IMG/VR virus record: IMGVR_UViG_3300042867_001289
Coordinates: 32,001-96,000 of that record
DNA: 64,000 nt
Direction: 5' to 3' (one strand)
Source of the DNA: a virus
The notes below the pieces were generated by a model. That model was not told the DNA's origin and did not search any database. It saw only the letters and a list, made by a program, of their open reading frames with translations. Of the stretch, positions 8,877 to 17,553 are shown in pieces. Within the stretch, counting starts at the first letter, position 1. Every line of letters begins with the position of its first letter. A program made the position numbers and the translations under genes.

Positions 8877-8973
8877 TGCTTGGCTCCTGTTCCTTGGTGA
8901 AACACTATTGTACCATACACCTTGCACCTTGTCAAGTCGAAAGGCGAGTGACCGTAGCCACCCGCCTAACAAC

Positions 8974-9183
8974 TCACTCAGCTAACGCCGGTTCTCCCGA
9001 CATTTTTCGCATAACCGCTGTCAGCCGCTCGTATGCGTCGATCAACTCTAGCCCCTGCTCCGGGCTGTAGTTCACGTTGCTCCCGTCCTGTAGCTGCACT
9101 GCCATAAGCTCAGTCGCTTCGATAATAAGCTCCGAAGCTCTGAAGCACTTCTGGAGTGCCGTCCAGTCTTTCTTCTGGTCCAT
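8974..9183 (-). CDS. hypothetical protein, 69 aa
   Basis: MDQKKDW...; cassette leader and RBS. Confidence 0.65.
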   Translation of the reverse strand: MDQKKDWTALQKCFRASELIIEATELMAVQLQDGSNVNYSPEQGLELIDAYERLTAVMRKMSGEPALAE

Positions 9184-9234
9184 GATGACCTTTCTTTGTA
9201 GGTGAAACACTATTCTTGCACACTGCAGGGCACA

Positions 9235-9297
9235 ATGCAAATCGTGCTACAGGCAACCTGAGAGGCCCCTCAGACAACCCGCACGGTGGAATTGACA
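9235..9297. promoter_or_regulatory. compact divergent promoter pair, unit 7
   Basis: ATGCAA-17bp-CTGAGaggcccCTCAG(9258-9273)-18bp-TTGACA. Confidence 0.75.
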
Positions 9298-9349
9298 AAC
9301 TGCACCCTACATGCAATACTAGTGTTTCACCAACCAGCAAGGAGCCACA

Positions 9350-9469
9350 ATGGACAACGACAATTCAGACAATGACGACCTCACCACCTCAGAGATCGAA
9401 GAGATGTTACTCGTCATTGAAATGTTCAAAGAAATCGAAGCGGGAACCCCACCCGCACGAACCGAGTAA
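9350..9469 (+). CDS. 39-aa acidic microprotein
   Basis: MDNDNSDNDDLTTSEIEEMLL...; AAGGAG RBS. Confidence 0.6.
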   Translation: MDNDNSDNDDLTTSEIEEMLLVIEMFKEIEAGTPPARTE

Positions 9470-9473
9470 CAGA

Positions 9474-9499
9474 AAGGGCCACCCGCAAGGGTGGCCCTT
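9474..9499. terminator. hairpin between convergent genes
   Basis: AAGGGCCACCC-GCAA-GGGTGGCCCTT. Confidence 0.7.
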
Positions 9500-9518
9500 C
9501 TGCCCATCCACGGGACTA

Positions 9519-9779
9519 TCAGATAGTAACAACATTCCCAGGCGGGACTAACGCAACACGATGAGTCTCAACCCAACGCTCACCAGTCCCGGCAACAGGA
9601 GTCACCAACAGGTCAAGATGCCCGAAGCGAAGCCGTGCCTCGACAACGTTGACAGAAATCTGCAGGTCTTCCATCTTCATGACGCCTGACATGCCCCGCA
9701 AGGCTGCGATGTCTTCGGCGGTGATCTTCTTGTTATCGCCGTGTTCGTCCCGGGTTGAAAAGATTGTTCTTGTTGACAT
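9519..9779 (-). CDS. hypothetical protein, 86 aa
   Basis: MSTRTIFST...RFGHLDLLVTPVAGTGERWV; AGGAG RBS, TTGACA at 9831-9836. Confidence 0.7.
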   Translation of the reverse strand: MSTRTIFSTRDEHGDNKKITAEDIAALRGMSGVMKMEDLQISVNVVEARLRFGHLDLLVTPVAGTGERWVETHRVALVPPGNVVTI

Positions 9780-9909
9780 TTGTTCTCCTAATAGTTGGTA
9801 GGTCTGTACCTTACAGGGTGTTGGTGGCTGTGTCAAATCGGTGGTATCGAACTTGGGATCAGCTGTCGGGACTGCGGAGAGAGGGAGGGCTTTCGCCCCC
9901 CCCTCAGGG

Positions 9910-10074
9910 TCACTCTGAGCGGAACCCCTCTTCTTGCGAGATTTCACATCGCCAGTCCCAGATCAGGCGCTCTTTCTCAAGCTTGGCGGCTCTCGTCATC
10001 TCGTCGATGCGATCCTGCCACTCTTGGTATCCTCCCTGAACCCACAGGGCCGACAGTTCTAGTTCGTTTAGCAT
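9910..10074 (-). CDS. 54-aa microprotein
   Basis: MLNELELSALWVQGGY...EEGFRSE; GAGGAGG RBS. Confidence 0.65.
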   Translation of the reverse strand: MLNELELSALWVQGGYQEWQDRIDEMTRAAKLEKERLIWDWRCEISQEEGFRSE

Positions 10075-10129
10075 TTCGTCCTCCTCGGACTTGTTGGTGA
10101 AACACTATTATTGCACACTGTACGGCGCA

Positions 10130-10192
10130 ATGCAAATCGGATCATCGGCAACCTGAGAACAGTCTCAGGGAACCCATACGGTAAGCTTGACA
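10130..10192. promoter_or_regulatory. compact divergent promoter pair, unit 8
   Basis: ATGCAA-17bp-CTGAGaacagtCTCAG(10153-10168)-18bp-TTGACA. Confidence 0.78.
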
Positions 10193-10243
10193 GACTGCAC
10201 CCTGTATGGCATACTGGAGTCTCACCAACGAACAGGAGCAGTT

Positions 10244-10414
10244 ATGAATGACCTAGATATGATGATGGCGCTATGCGGCCAGCCAACAGCCGCAGAGACC
10301 GCACAAGAAGCACTGAGCTTCCTGCTCGTGGCTTGCGCAGTCGCAGGGCCAGCAAACAACGAGGAGCTAATCCTCGCAGCAAACATGCTCGCTGACGCAA
10401 TCAACAACCTCTAA
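10244..10414 (+). CDS. 56-aa helical microprotein
   Basis: MNDLDMMMALCG...; AGGAG RBS, hairpin downstream. Confidence 0.65.
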   Translation: MNDLDMMMALCGQPTAAETAQEALSFLLVACAVAGPANNEELILAANMLADAINNL

Positions 10415-10476
10415 GCGACAAGGGGGGGGGCCGCAAGGCCTCCCCCTTTTGCGCGCACCCACTTCTGCGTCCCGCC

Positions 10477-10707
10477 CTAGAAAAGCGTTTCCGTTTGCGG
10501 CGGGGCCTTCAACTTCTTCAACATCATACAAGTCTTACACATCCACCCCATCGGGGCTGTCGGCAAAGCCACAGCGTGAGCGCCACCGCCCTTACGGTTC
10601 TCAACCCAGCCAGTCACCTTCTTCCAGGTGCCCCGCTCTTTGGGGTTGATTTCCATTCCGCATTCTTCGCAAGTAAATAGTGGTGGGAGTCCCGATGTGT
10701 TTTTCAT
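10477..10707 (-). CDS. 76-aa CxxC..CxxC protein, leaderless
   Basis: CEECG...CKTC; TTGACT-17-TACAAT ends 7 nt before ATG. Confidence 0.7.
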   Translation of the reverse strand: MKNTSGLPPLFTCEECGMEINPKERGTWKKVTGWVENRKGGGAHAVALPTAPMGWMCKTCMMLKKLKAPPQTETLF

Positions 10708-10802
10708 ACTTGGAATTGTACCAGCCCCAAACCCGTAAGTCAAGGATATATTTGAGCGTGGCGGGACGCATGAGAGGGGGGAGGGTCTCGCCCTCCCCTG
10801 TC

Positions 10803-11021
10803 TCACTCCGCGGTGTAAACCTCGATCACTCGCCCGCCGAATGGCAAGAGCCATACGGTGCCGAGGAAGGTCTCTACCCCGTCCGTCTCTAGGGCCGCCG
10901 TGGGGTCCCCATGAGAGTCACGCTTGCTAGGTATACCCACCGTGTAGGTAGCCTCACCCCTAGCGTCCTCCCAAAGGATGACCCTTTGAGCGTCTTGTTG
11001 CCAATCATTCAATGTTTGCAT
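10803..11021 (-). CDS. hypothetical protein, 72 aa
   Basis: MQTLNDWQQ...; cassette promoter and RBS. Confidence 0.65.
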   Translation of the reverse strand: MQTLNDWQQDAQRVILWEDARGEATYTVGIPSKRDSHGDPTAALETDGVETFLGTVWLLPFGGRVIEVYTAE

Positions 11022-11073
11022 TGCACTGCCTTTCATTAGGTGATGACACTAGTATGGCATACACCTTACACCT

Positions 11074-11137
11074 TGTCAAATGCTAGCTGAGAACATCCTG
11101 AGAACGCCCTCAGACAAACCATACGGTGCATTTGACA
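11074..11137. promoter_or_regulatory. compact divergent promoter pair, unit 9
   Basis: TGTCAA-18bp-CTGAGaacgccCTCAG(11098-11113)-18bp-TTGACA. Confidence 0.8.
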
Positions 11138-11188
11138 GATTGCACCCTACATGGCATACTAGTGTTTCACCAAACGACAGGAGTTACA

Positions 11189-11401
11189 GTGACAAACAGA
11201 AACGACATAGTAGGAATGTGGCGGGCAGCCTGCCAAGCTGACCCAAGCTTTGACGAGCCGCTAGAAGAGTGGCTAGACCAATGGGAATGGCAACAGCAAG
11301 CCGTTCGCAAAGTGCAGGACGCATGGGGAGTGCAGGATAGTGATATCCCACCCGCATGGTTCGATCCCACGCTCTGTGGTGAGAGCTGGGATGGCGAATG
11401 A
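11189..11401 (+). CDS. 70-aa acidic Trp-rich protein
   Basis: GTG start after AGGAG; ends PPAWFDPTLCGESWDGE. Confidence 0.7.
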   Translation: MTNRNDIVGMWRAACQADPSFDEPLEEWLDQWEWQQQAVRKVQDAWGVQDSDIPPAWFDPTLCGESWDGE

Positions 11402-11653
11402 GTTGAGGGGGGCTACGGCCCCCCACCTCTTCGCGCCCGCACTTATGCGCCCCGCTACGAGAAGCTGCGCTAAGAACAACCAGGAGCCCCGCTAAATCAC
11501 TTCACCAAGCAGTGAAGATCACAGCCCCGCCCCCAATTTCCCCCCAAAGCCTGACCCCTTTCTAAATTTCGGGGCTTTGGGACAACATGGGCACACACCC
11601 CTATCGGGACTGCGGAGGCGGGGGAAGGGCCGTAGCCCTTCCCCCCTTTTCCG

Positions 11654-11932
11654 TTAGCCGATTTCGCTGGCCATGATGGTCAGCTTTGCTGCCAACAGCT
11701 TGAGAGCCTCAGCCTGATCAGCTAGAGAGCCTTTCAGGAAGATGTTTGTGAAGGTTTTCTCTGCCGGGAAAGAGATTGACACAAACGGCTCAACGCGATC
11801 CCCCTTCACGAGGGTAATTGTTGCGTCTCTGACGGCTTCACGATCAACCCCGTGGATGTTGACGCTACCGTCAACATTGATGGACTTGATTTGGTCGCCT
11901 ACTGTCATGTAGGCGGTTGCGGATGTACTCAT
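11654..11932 (-). CDS. hypothetical protein, 92 aa
   Basis: MSTSATAYM...; AAGGAG RBS. Confidence 0.7.
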   Translation of the reverse strand: MSTSATAYMTVGDQIKSINVDGSVNIHGVDREAVRDATITLVKGDRVEPFVSISFPAEKTFTNIFLKGSLADQAEALKLLAAKLTIMASEIG

Positions 11933-11984
11933 GCTCTCTCCTTGTTGGTTGGTGTACTGCAACTGTACTCTATAGGGTGTACCC

Positions 11985-12048
11985 CGTCAAATCGTAGCTA
12001 CAGCGAACCTGAGACCGCTCTCAGCTGCCGCTCATACTCGATTTGCAT
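11985..12048. promoter_or_regulatory. compact divergent promoter pair, unit 10
   Basis: CGTCAA-18bp-CTGAGaccgctCTCAG(12009-12024)-18bp-TTGCAT. Confidence 0.78.
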
Positions 12049-12099
12049 TGTGCTTTGTACTGTGCAATAATAGTGTTTCACCAACAGGAAAGAGCAGAC

Positions 12100-12279
12100 A
12101 TGCCAAACACACTCAACCGCTGCGATCAGTGTGAGGAACTCGTGCCAGAGGAACTCACAGAGGATGTCTACGGAAACGGGTTCTACTACTGCGATGAGTG
12201 CCACTACATCGACGTAGATGACGCTAGCGAGTGGGCGCAATTCGTCCACGACCACCGCCGAGGAGGTTACCTCGGCTAA
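12100..12279 (+). CDS. 59-aa CxxC..CxxC microprotein (paralog of 6741-6941)
   Basis: LNRCDQCEE...CDEC...EWAQFVHDHRRGG. Confidence 0.75.
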   Translation: MPNTLNRCDQCEELVPEELTEDVYGNGFYYCDECHYIDVDDASEWAQFVHDHRRGGYLG

Positions 12280-12426
12280 GCGAAGGGGGGCCGCAAGGCC
12301 TCCCGCATTCGCGTTCCCACGGGGCTCCCACATACACGGCCACCCCAGGCGTCCCGCACCAAAAACTTGCACTCCACGCTATCGGGGCTGCGGGGAAGGT
12401 CCCACCCTTTCAGGTGGGACCCGCTC

Positions 12427-12759
12427 TCAGCCCCAGACCACATCCGTTTCGAGAACGTCCGCGAGCCTTGCGACTGCGATGACTTCCTTGACTCGCATTG
12501 CTGCCACGTTGATGAGTTGGCCGCCCGGAAATTGCACCGGAGGACACTCCGAAGCCTTAGAGAGAGCCTCGTCGGCATTGTCGAGCAGTACTGACGGAGC
12601 GCATTCGCCTTCTGCTTCGTCTCCGGGCATTGCACAGAGGCCGAAGAAGGCCATTGTGGTTACCCATGAGCTATAGCCCATTGAGGCTGGCTCAAAGCCT
12701 TCTGATGCGAGAGCATCGTACTGGCTTCTGGTTACTGATGGTTGGATTTGGACTCCCAT
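12427..12759 (-). CDS. hypothetical protein, 110 aa
   Basis: Cassette promoter and RBS; acidic. Confidence 0.7.
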   Translation of the reverse strand: MGVQIQPSVTRSQYDALASEGFEPASMGYSSWVTTMAFFGLCAMPGDEAEGECAPSVLLDNADEALSKASECPPVQFPGGQLINVAAMRVKEVIAVARLADVLETDVVWG

Positions 12760-12811
12760 TGGTAGGGCCTTTCGTTAGGTGAGATACCATTATGGCATGT
12801 ACCCTGCACCT

Positions 12812-12873
12812 TGTCAAGTGTTGTCTGTGAGCGACTGAGGATTATCTCAGGTTGCCATGGCATGGGCTTGACA
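12812..12873. promoter_or_regulatory. compact divergent promoter pair, unit 11
   Basis: TGTCAA-17bp-CTGAGgattatCTCAG(12835-12850)-17bp-TTGACA. Confidence 0.8.
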
Positions 12874-12924
12874 GACTGCACCCTATAGGGCATAATAGTG
12901 TTTCACCAACAAGAAAGGCCCACC

Positions 12925-13086
12925 ATGGAAACCTACTACGAATACGAAGAGGATCAGTACCTCGCCGAACATGTCGACTGGATGGACGACTACGAAAGCG
13001 AAACACGCGACGAAGATGACTACGAAGAGTGGTGCTACGACTACTGCGAACAACGGGAGCCGGATGGCGACTGGGAATGCGACTGA
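12925..13086 (+). CDS. 53-aa extremely acidic/aromatic microprotein
   Basis: METYYEYEEDQYLAEHVDWMDDYE...; hairpin with TTCG loop downstream. Confidence 0.7.
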   Translation: METYYEYEEDQYLAEHVDWMDDYESETRDEDDYEEWCYDYCEQREPDGDWECD

Positions 13087-13423
13087 GTCAACGGGGGGAC
13101 TTCGGTCCCCCCAACCCAACCAAAGGAGGAAACGTAAAAAACGCCGCCGACTGGCGGAGAACAGACTGCGAGTCCACACCGGAAATTGACCTACCGGGGC
13201 TTCACGCCGAAACGGGGATGTGGCGCACAATGGAGTTCAACCAGTCACCAGGGGGCCGCAAGGCCCCCACTTTTCTATTCCCCAGCCCCGCTGAATCTTT
13301 CACACAAATCTGTTCACGGGGCTAAATAGCAAAAGCCTTTCGGCCCCCTGCACCGGTCACCACCAGTGCAGGGGAAGGGACTCGCTTCACAACAGCGGGT
13401 GAAGCAGAGCCCCGCCTGACCCC

Positions 13424-13639
13424 TTAGCTCTTGGCTAAGAGGTCACGGATATGGTCAGAGTTCGCAGGTGGAACTTCGTTGAACCCGTTCCCCTCTGTCT
13501 GATACAGGATGCGAGTAATTTCGTGGTGAAGGTAATCTGCGATTACTTGCGCAGCCTTTGGGTTATCTGGCAGTAGAGACTCTATGGCCTCATTGCCTAG
13601 GGTTACTAGGTTGATTATGTTTCGGGCTGGAGTTGCCAT
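13424..13639 (-). CDS. hypothetical protein, 71 aa
   Basis: MATPARNII...; TTGACA at 13693-13698 and CATCACCTAACAGAAAGA leader. Confidence 0.65.
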   Translation of the reverse strand: MATPARNIINLVTLGNEAIESLLPDNPKAAQVIADYLHHEITRILYQTEGNGFNEVPPANSDHIRDLLAKS

Positions 13640-13704
13640 GTTTGTTCTTTCTGTTAGGTGATGAGTGTAAGTGTACACCCTAGGTGATGTCTTGTCAAGT
13701 TGTT

Positions 13705-13855
13705 GCGGGTCGCGCCCCTATGCCTAGGAACACAACCCGCCTACCGTACCGTCAAGCCCTGCAAATAGGCTCAAGAGGCTATAAAGCAATATAGACTCGA
13801 TTAGTACGAACCCCTCACTATTGCTTTGCACACAAACGGTGAGGTAACAACGAAC
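13705..13855 (-). ncRNA. candidate small structured RNA in the left slot of unit 12
   Basis: Cassette-type promoter but no RBS and no ORF >18 aa; ends in 16-bp stem with several G-U pairs and GGCA loop. Confidence 0.4.
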
Positions 13856-13881
13856 ACTATTATTGCACACTATAGGCCACA

Positions 13882-13944
13882 ACGCAAATCACGCTACAAG
13901 CAACCTGAGAGAGTTCTTAGACAACTCACGCAGTGGAGTTGACA
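13882..13944. promoter_or_regulatory. compact divergent promoter pair, unit 12
   Basis: ACGCAA-17bp-CTGAGagagttCTTAG(13905-13920)-18bp-TTGACA. Confidence 0.7.
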
Positions 13945-13996
13945 GACTGCAAGGTGTATGGCATACTAGTGTTTCACCAACGAACAGGAGAAACAA

Positions 13997-14233
13997 ATGA
14001 TAGACATCAAAATTTGCTCAGACTGCGCAATGTGGGTAGCCAACCTCGATGACTCAGCAGTCGACAATGACGACAGAGGCAACGAGTACCGCCAACGCCG
14101 TGACGAAGGCCTAGAGTCCTTCAGCGGCTGCGTTGTGGTCAATATGGACGACGACGGCTACGGCTTCACTCATAACGGCTGCGACATATGCGGCCAGACT
14201 GGTCACCACGGCATCAGCGCCACAGTGTTCTGA
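13997..14233 (+). CDS. 78-aa CxxC..CxxC protein
   Basis: ICSDC...GCDICG; AGGAG RBS. Confidence 0.75.
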   Translation: MIDIKICSDCAMWVANLDDSAVDNDDRGNEYRQRRDEGLESFSGCVVVNMDDDGYGFTHNGCDICGQTGHHGISATVF

Positions 14234-14403
14234 GAGAACGGGAGAGGGGCGAAAGCCTCCCTCCCACTTTCTCGCGCCCACGGGACCCCCGCCACCCCCG
14301 ACAACCGGCACGCCCCGCACACAACAAAAGTCAAGTCCACTCAACAAAAGTCAAGCAACGGGGCCAGCAAGCTGGGGAAGGCCGTAGCCCTCCCCTTGCT
14401 CAC

Positions 14404-14691
14404 TCACCAGCCTCTCACGACTATCGAACCGTCACCGACTTCGACGACCGTTGTGTTGTGTCCTAGTTCTTCTAGGCTGTCGATCTCGTGGCCGGTGTCT
14501 TCAACGTACTCCTCAAAAGAGTCGTAGACGGCATAATCGCAGCGAAAACCAATGGGATCTAGTTCGATCCCTGGCTCATCAGCGAAGGTGTCTTCTAGGT
14601 AGTTGAAGAAGGCCACCGCTGCGTTGTAGGGCCAGTCAGCGAATTGCCGCATGGCTTGAGCGAAGTCTGATTCTGAAACTGTCTGATACAT
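14404..14691 (-). CDS. 95-aa acidic protein, ELDPI family copy 1
   Basis: MYQTVSESDFAQ...ELDPIGFRCDY...EVGDGSIVV. Confidence 0.8.
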   Translation of the reverse strand: MYQTVSESDFAQAMRQFADWPYNAAVAFFNYLEDTFADEPGIELDPIGFRCDYAVYDSFEEYVEDTGHEIDSLEELGHNTTVVEVGDGSIVVRGW

Positions 14692-14744
14692 GTTGACTCT
14701 TTCTGTTAGGTGATAGGTACAACTATATAGGCTAGGTTGCTTGC

Positions 14745-14808
14745 CGTCAAATTGACTATAAGAGTTTCCTGAGAGCCGACTCAGCCTCACTCTAGCTACC
14801 GCTTGACA
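14745..14808. promoter_or_regulatory. compact divergent promoter pair, unit 13
   Basis: CGTCAA-18bp-CTGAGagccgaCTCAG(14769-14784)-18bp-TTGACA. Confidence 0.8.
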
Positions 14809-14858
14809 AGGTGCAACCTACATGGCATAATAGAGTTTCACCAACAAGGGAGCCACCA

Positions 14859-14978
14859 ATGAATGCAAATTTGATCAACATCGACTGGGTAAACCAGTTC
14901 AGCGCAGTTCAACAGTTCGGAGCAGGACTAATCATAGCGTCCACAATCCTCTCAATCGACTGGCTAAGAAAGCGGTAA
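14859..14978 (+). CDS. 39-aa microprotein, possibly membrane-associated
   Basis: MNANLINIDWVNQF...IDWLRKR; GGGAG RBS and hairpin. Confidence 0.55.
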   Translation: MNANLINIDWVNQFSAVQQFGAGLIIASTILSIDWLRKR

Positions 14979-15170
14979 CCGGAAGGGGGCGCAAGCCCTC
15001 TGTTCCCGCACGCCCCGCCACCCCAAACCCCTGGTCTCAGCAACGGGGCTCACCCACATCTTCCAGATAGCCACCTCACACATTTCAGGTAGCTACGTCC
15101 CGCCCGGATTGTTTGAACCTGGGCTATCGGGGCTGACGAAGCGGGAGAGGCCGAAGCCCCTCCCAGTCGC

Positions 15171-15479
15171 TCACCATTCTTGGACGACGATTGAACCGTC
15201 TCCAACCTCTAGAACTAGGGTGTGTTCTGCTAGTTCTTCGATGTTGGCGACGTTGTCGTGGCCGTAGTCGCTCTTGTAAGCGTCGAAACTAGCGTGGACA
15301 CTGTAGGCACACCGGAAGGCGATGGGGTCTAGTTCGACCCCTGTGTCACCTTGACCGTAGCCAACTTCCCCGGCTACCTCTTCGATGTAGTCGAAGAGTA
15401 CAACCGAGGCGCTATAGGGCCAGTCTGCGAATTCTCGCATGACTTGGGCAAAGTCTGATTCTGTTACGTTCTGGTACAT
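15171..15479 (-). CDS. 102-aa acidic protein, ELDPI family copy 2
   Basis: MYQNVTESDFAQ...ELDPIAFRCAY...EVGDGSIVV. Confidence 0.8.
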   Translation of the reverse strand: MYQNVTESDFAQVMREFADWPYSASVVLFDYIEEVAGEVGYGQGDTGVELDPIAFRCAYSVHASFDAYKSDYGHDNVANIEELAEHTLVLEVGDGSIVVQEW

Positions 15480-15532
15480 GTTGGCTCTTTCTGTTAGGTG
15501 ATAAGTGCAACTATACTTGACAGGTGCCACCC

Positions 15533-15652
15533 TGTCAAATTTAGGTGCATGAAACCTGAAGCCTTTCTCAGTTTGTTCTCTGTTCGTGACCTCCGAAACA
15601 GAGAACAGATTAGCTAAGAGCGTTCTCAGCTAGCCGACACGAAGACTTGACG
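15533..15652. promoter_or_regulatory. divergent promoter pair, unit 14, with two palindromes and an inserted hairpin
   Basis: Palindromes 15556-15571 and 15614-15629, each 17 bp from its -35. Confidence 0.7.
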
Positions 15653-15702
15653 CCTTGCACCCTATAAGCTACAATGATGTTTCACCTAACGAAAGGCAAA
15701 CA

Positions 15703-15918
15703 ATGAACCTAGACAAAGAAATATGGGAAGGGTGGACAGTCGCCGACTACGTCGGAGAACTTGAACCACTATTTGACATGATCATGAGCAACGGATCATG
15801 GCAGAAACCCTTCACCTCAAAGGCGCAAGTCAAAGAATGGTGCATGGACAACCAGCCCGGATACAAAAAGAACATCCCAGACGTCGTCAACTACCTCTGG
15901 GGGAAAACCTGCAACTAG
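15703..15918 (+). CDS. hypothetical protein, 71 aa
   Basis: MNLDKEIWEGWTV...NQPGYKKNIPDVVNY. Confidence 0.75.
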   Translation: MNLDKEIWEGWTVADYVGELEPLFDMIMSNGSWQKPFTSKAQVKEWCMDNQPGYKKNIPDVVNYLWGKTCN

Positions 15919-16149
15919 CAGGCGGGGGCCGCAAGGCCCCCACCTTCTTACGCCCACGGGACTCACACCCCAAGCGACAAACACGACAGCCCCGCCGAAA
16001 CATTCGGACAGGGCTTACTGCGGGACTCATGGTGAAATGAGGGAGCAGGTGGGGAGGCTCACCACAACCGTCCCCACCGCTTCACCTCGTTAGCAGGCTA
16101 TCACCTCGAAGAGGTCTTGTGTGACTTCTCCTGGTAGCCCCGCTAAGGC

Positions 16150-16422
16150 TTAGATGTTATTCTCTTCCTCGCAAAGGGTTACTAAAATGGCATCTTCGTC
16201 TGCCTTTTCGTAGTATCCCATAATGTCTATGCCACCTGAGTCGATGAATCCTGTTTCCTCGATCCATGCAGGTGCTTCATATCTAAGACTTTCCCAGCGA
16301 TAACCGGTGCTGCGGGCTGCCTCTTCGATCCAAAGGACCATCTGGGAAACAGCATCTTCTGGGTTGGCTGCATCAAACTTACATGACACGCTTACTGTGT
16401 ATTCTTCAAGTTCTTCGTTCAT
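16150..16422 (-). CDS. acidic hypothetical protein, 90 aa
   Basis: Own TTGACA-17-TACAAT promoter, AAGGAG RBS. Confidence 0.7.
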   Translation of the reverse strand: MNEELEEYTVSVSCKFDAANPEDAVSQMVLWIEEAARSTGYRWESLRYEAPAWIEETGFIDSGGIDIMGYYEKADEDAILVTLCEEENNI

Positions 16423-16499
16423 CGTGTGGCTCCTTGTGTTGGTTGGTGTGTAATCATTGTAGCAGGCACCTGACAGCTTGTCAAGTACCTGCTACGGAA

Positions 16500-16706
16500 T
16501 TACTTCCTTCTCTCAGCAAGCTCGTCACGAACGGCTGCCCAATTTTCCTGAGCTTCACGAACGGCTGCACGCTCAGCATCGACGATGTCCTGAGCGTTCC
16601 TGATACGAACGTAGGACGCTTCGATACGACGCTCTAAAACGCCTTCAGTGTATTCCAGCTCATCGGTTGTAGAATCTGCAATTCTACTCTCAAAGAATGT
16701 ACTCAT
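16500..16706 (-). CDS. coiled-coil hypothetical protein, 68 aa
   Basis: Cassette promoter and leader. Confidence 0.7.
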   Translation of the reverse strand: MSTFFESRIADSTTDELEYTEGVLERRIEASYVRIRNAQDIVDAERAAVREAQENWAAVRDELAERRK

Positions 16707-16760
16707 TGTTTCTTCTCTCTGCTAGGTGGTAGGTGTAACTATACACGGCACCCGCCTACC

Positions 16761-16822
16761 AGTCAAATCGACGTACTCGCATCCTGAGAAATCGCTCAGA
16801 TTCTCAAGCAGTGGAGTTGACA
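16761..16822. promoter_or_regulatory. compact divergent promoter pair, unit 15
   Basis: AGTCAA-17bp-CTGAGaaatcgCTCAG(16784-16799)-17bp-TTGACA. Confidence 0.78.
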
Positions 16823-16874
16823 GCTTGCACATTGCATGGCATACTAGTGTTTCACCTAGCAGAGAGAAGAAACA

Positions 16875-17165
16875 ATGTACCAACTAGTTGGAGAATCCGA
16901 CTTCGCACAATCCATGAGAACCTACGCAGGCTGGTCATACTCAGCCTCATGCGCGTTCTTCTGGTTCATGGAAGATAACGACAGCACAATCGACGGCTTC
17001 GGGATCGAACTTGATCCCATCGGCCTACGATGCGAGTTCAGCGTCTACGCAGACTTTGACGCTTACGCAGAGTGCTATCCATCTATGGCCACGCTGGACG
17101 ACCTGAGGGAGAGCACCCTAGTCATCGAAGCAGATGACGGCTCTCTGGTCGTGCAAGACATCTAA
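16875..17165 (+). CDS. 96-aa acidic protein, ELDPI family copy 3
   Basis: MYQLVGESDFAQ...ELDPIGLRCEF...EADDGSLVV. Confidence 0.8.
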   Translation: MYQLVGESDFAQSMRTYAGWSYSASCAFFWFMEDNDSTIDGFGIELDPIGLRCEFSVYADFDAYAECYPSMATLDDLRESTLVIEADDGSLVVQDI

Positions 17166-17274
17166 GCGATTAGGGGACAGGCTCCGGCTTGTCCCCTTTT
17201 CTGCTGTAAAGACTTGACAAGCAGTGTACAACCATGTACAATAAGAACCATCACCTAGCAGAAAGAAGCAAACA

Positions 17275-17553
17275 ATGGCAATCACCATTAGCAGTAACGG
17301 ATACAGTGTCGGCGACCAAGTCGGCGACTCCCTAGCCTTCCTAGAACAATTCTGGCCAGCACTAGCAAAGCCAATCCTACTCAACCTGCCAGCATACGAC
17401 CCCGAACTACCGGGCTACGATGACGAAGCACTTGACTGGATCATCGCAGACATCGAAGCGACCGACAAGGTTCGCTGGATCGAAGGCGAACCATGGGGAG
17501 TAATCCCAGCCGGGAACCTCGAATACCGACTCTGGAACTGGGAAGAGGAGTGA
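17275..17553 (+). CDS. acidic hypothetical protein, 92 aa
   Basis: Own TTGACA..TACAAT promoter near 17214. Confidence 0.7.
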   Translation: MAITISSNGYSVGDQVGDSLAFLEQFWPALAKPILLNLPAYDPELPGYDDEALDWIIADIEATDKVRWIEGEPWGVIPAGNLEYRLWNWEEE

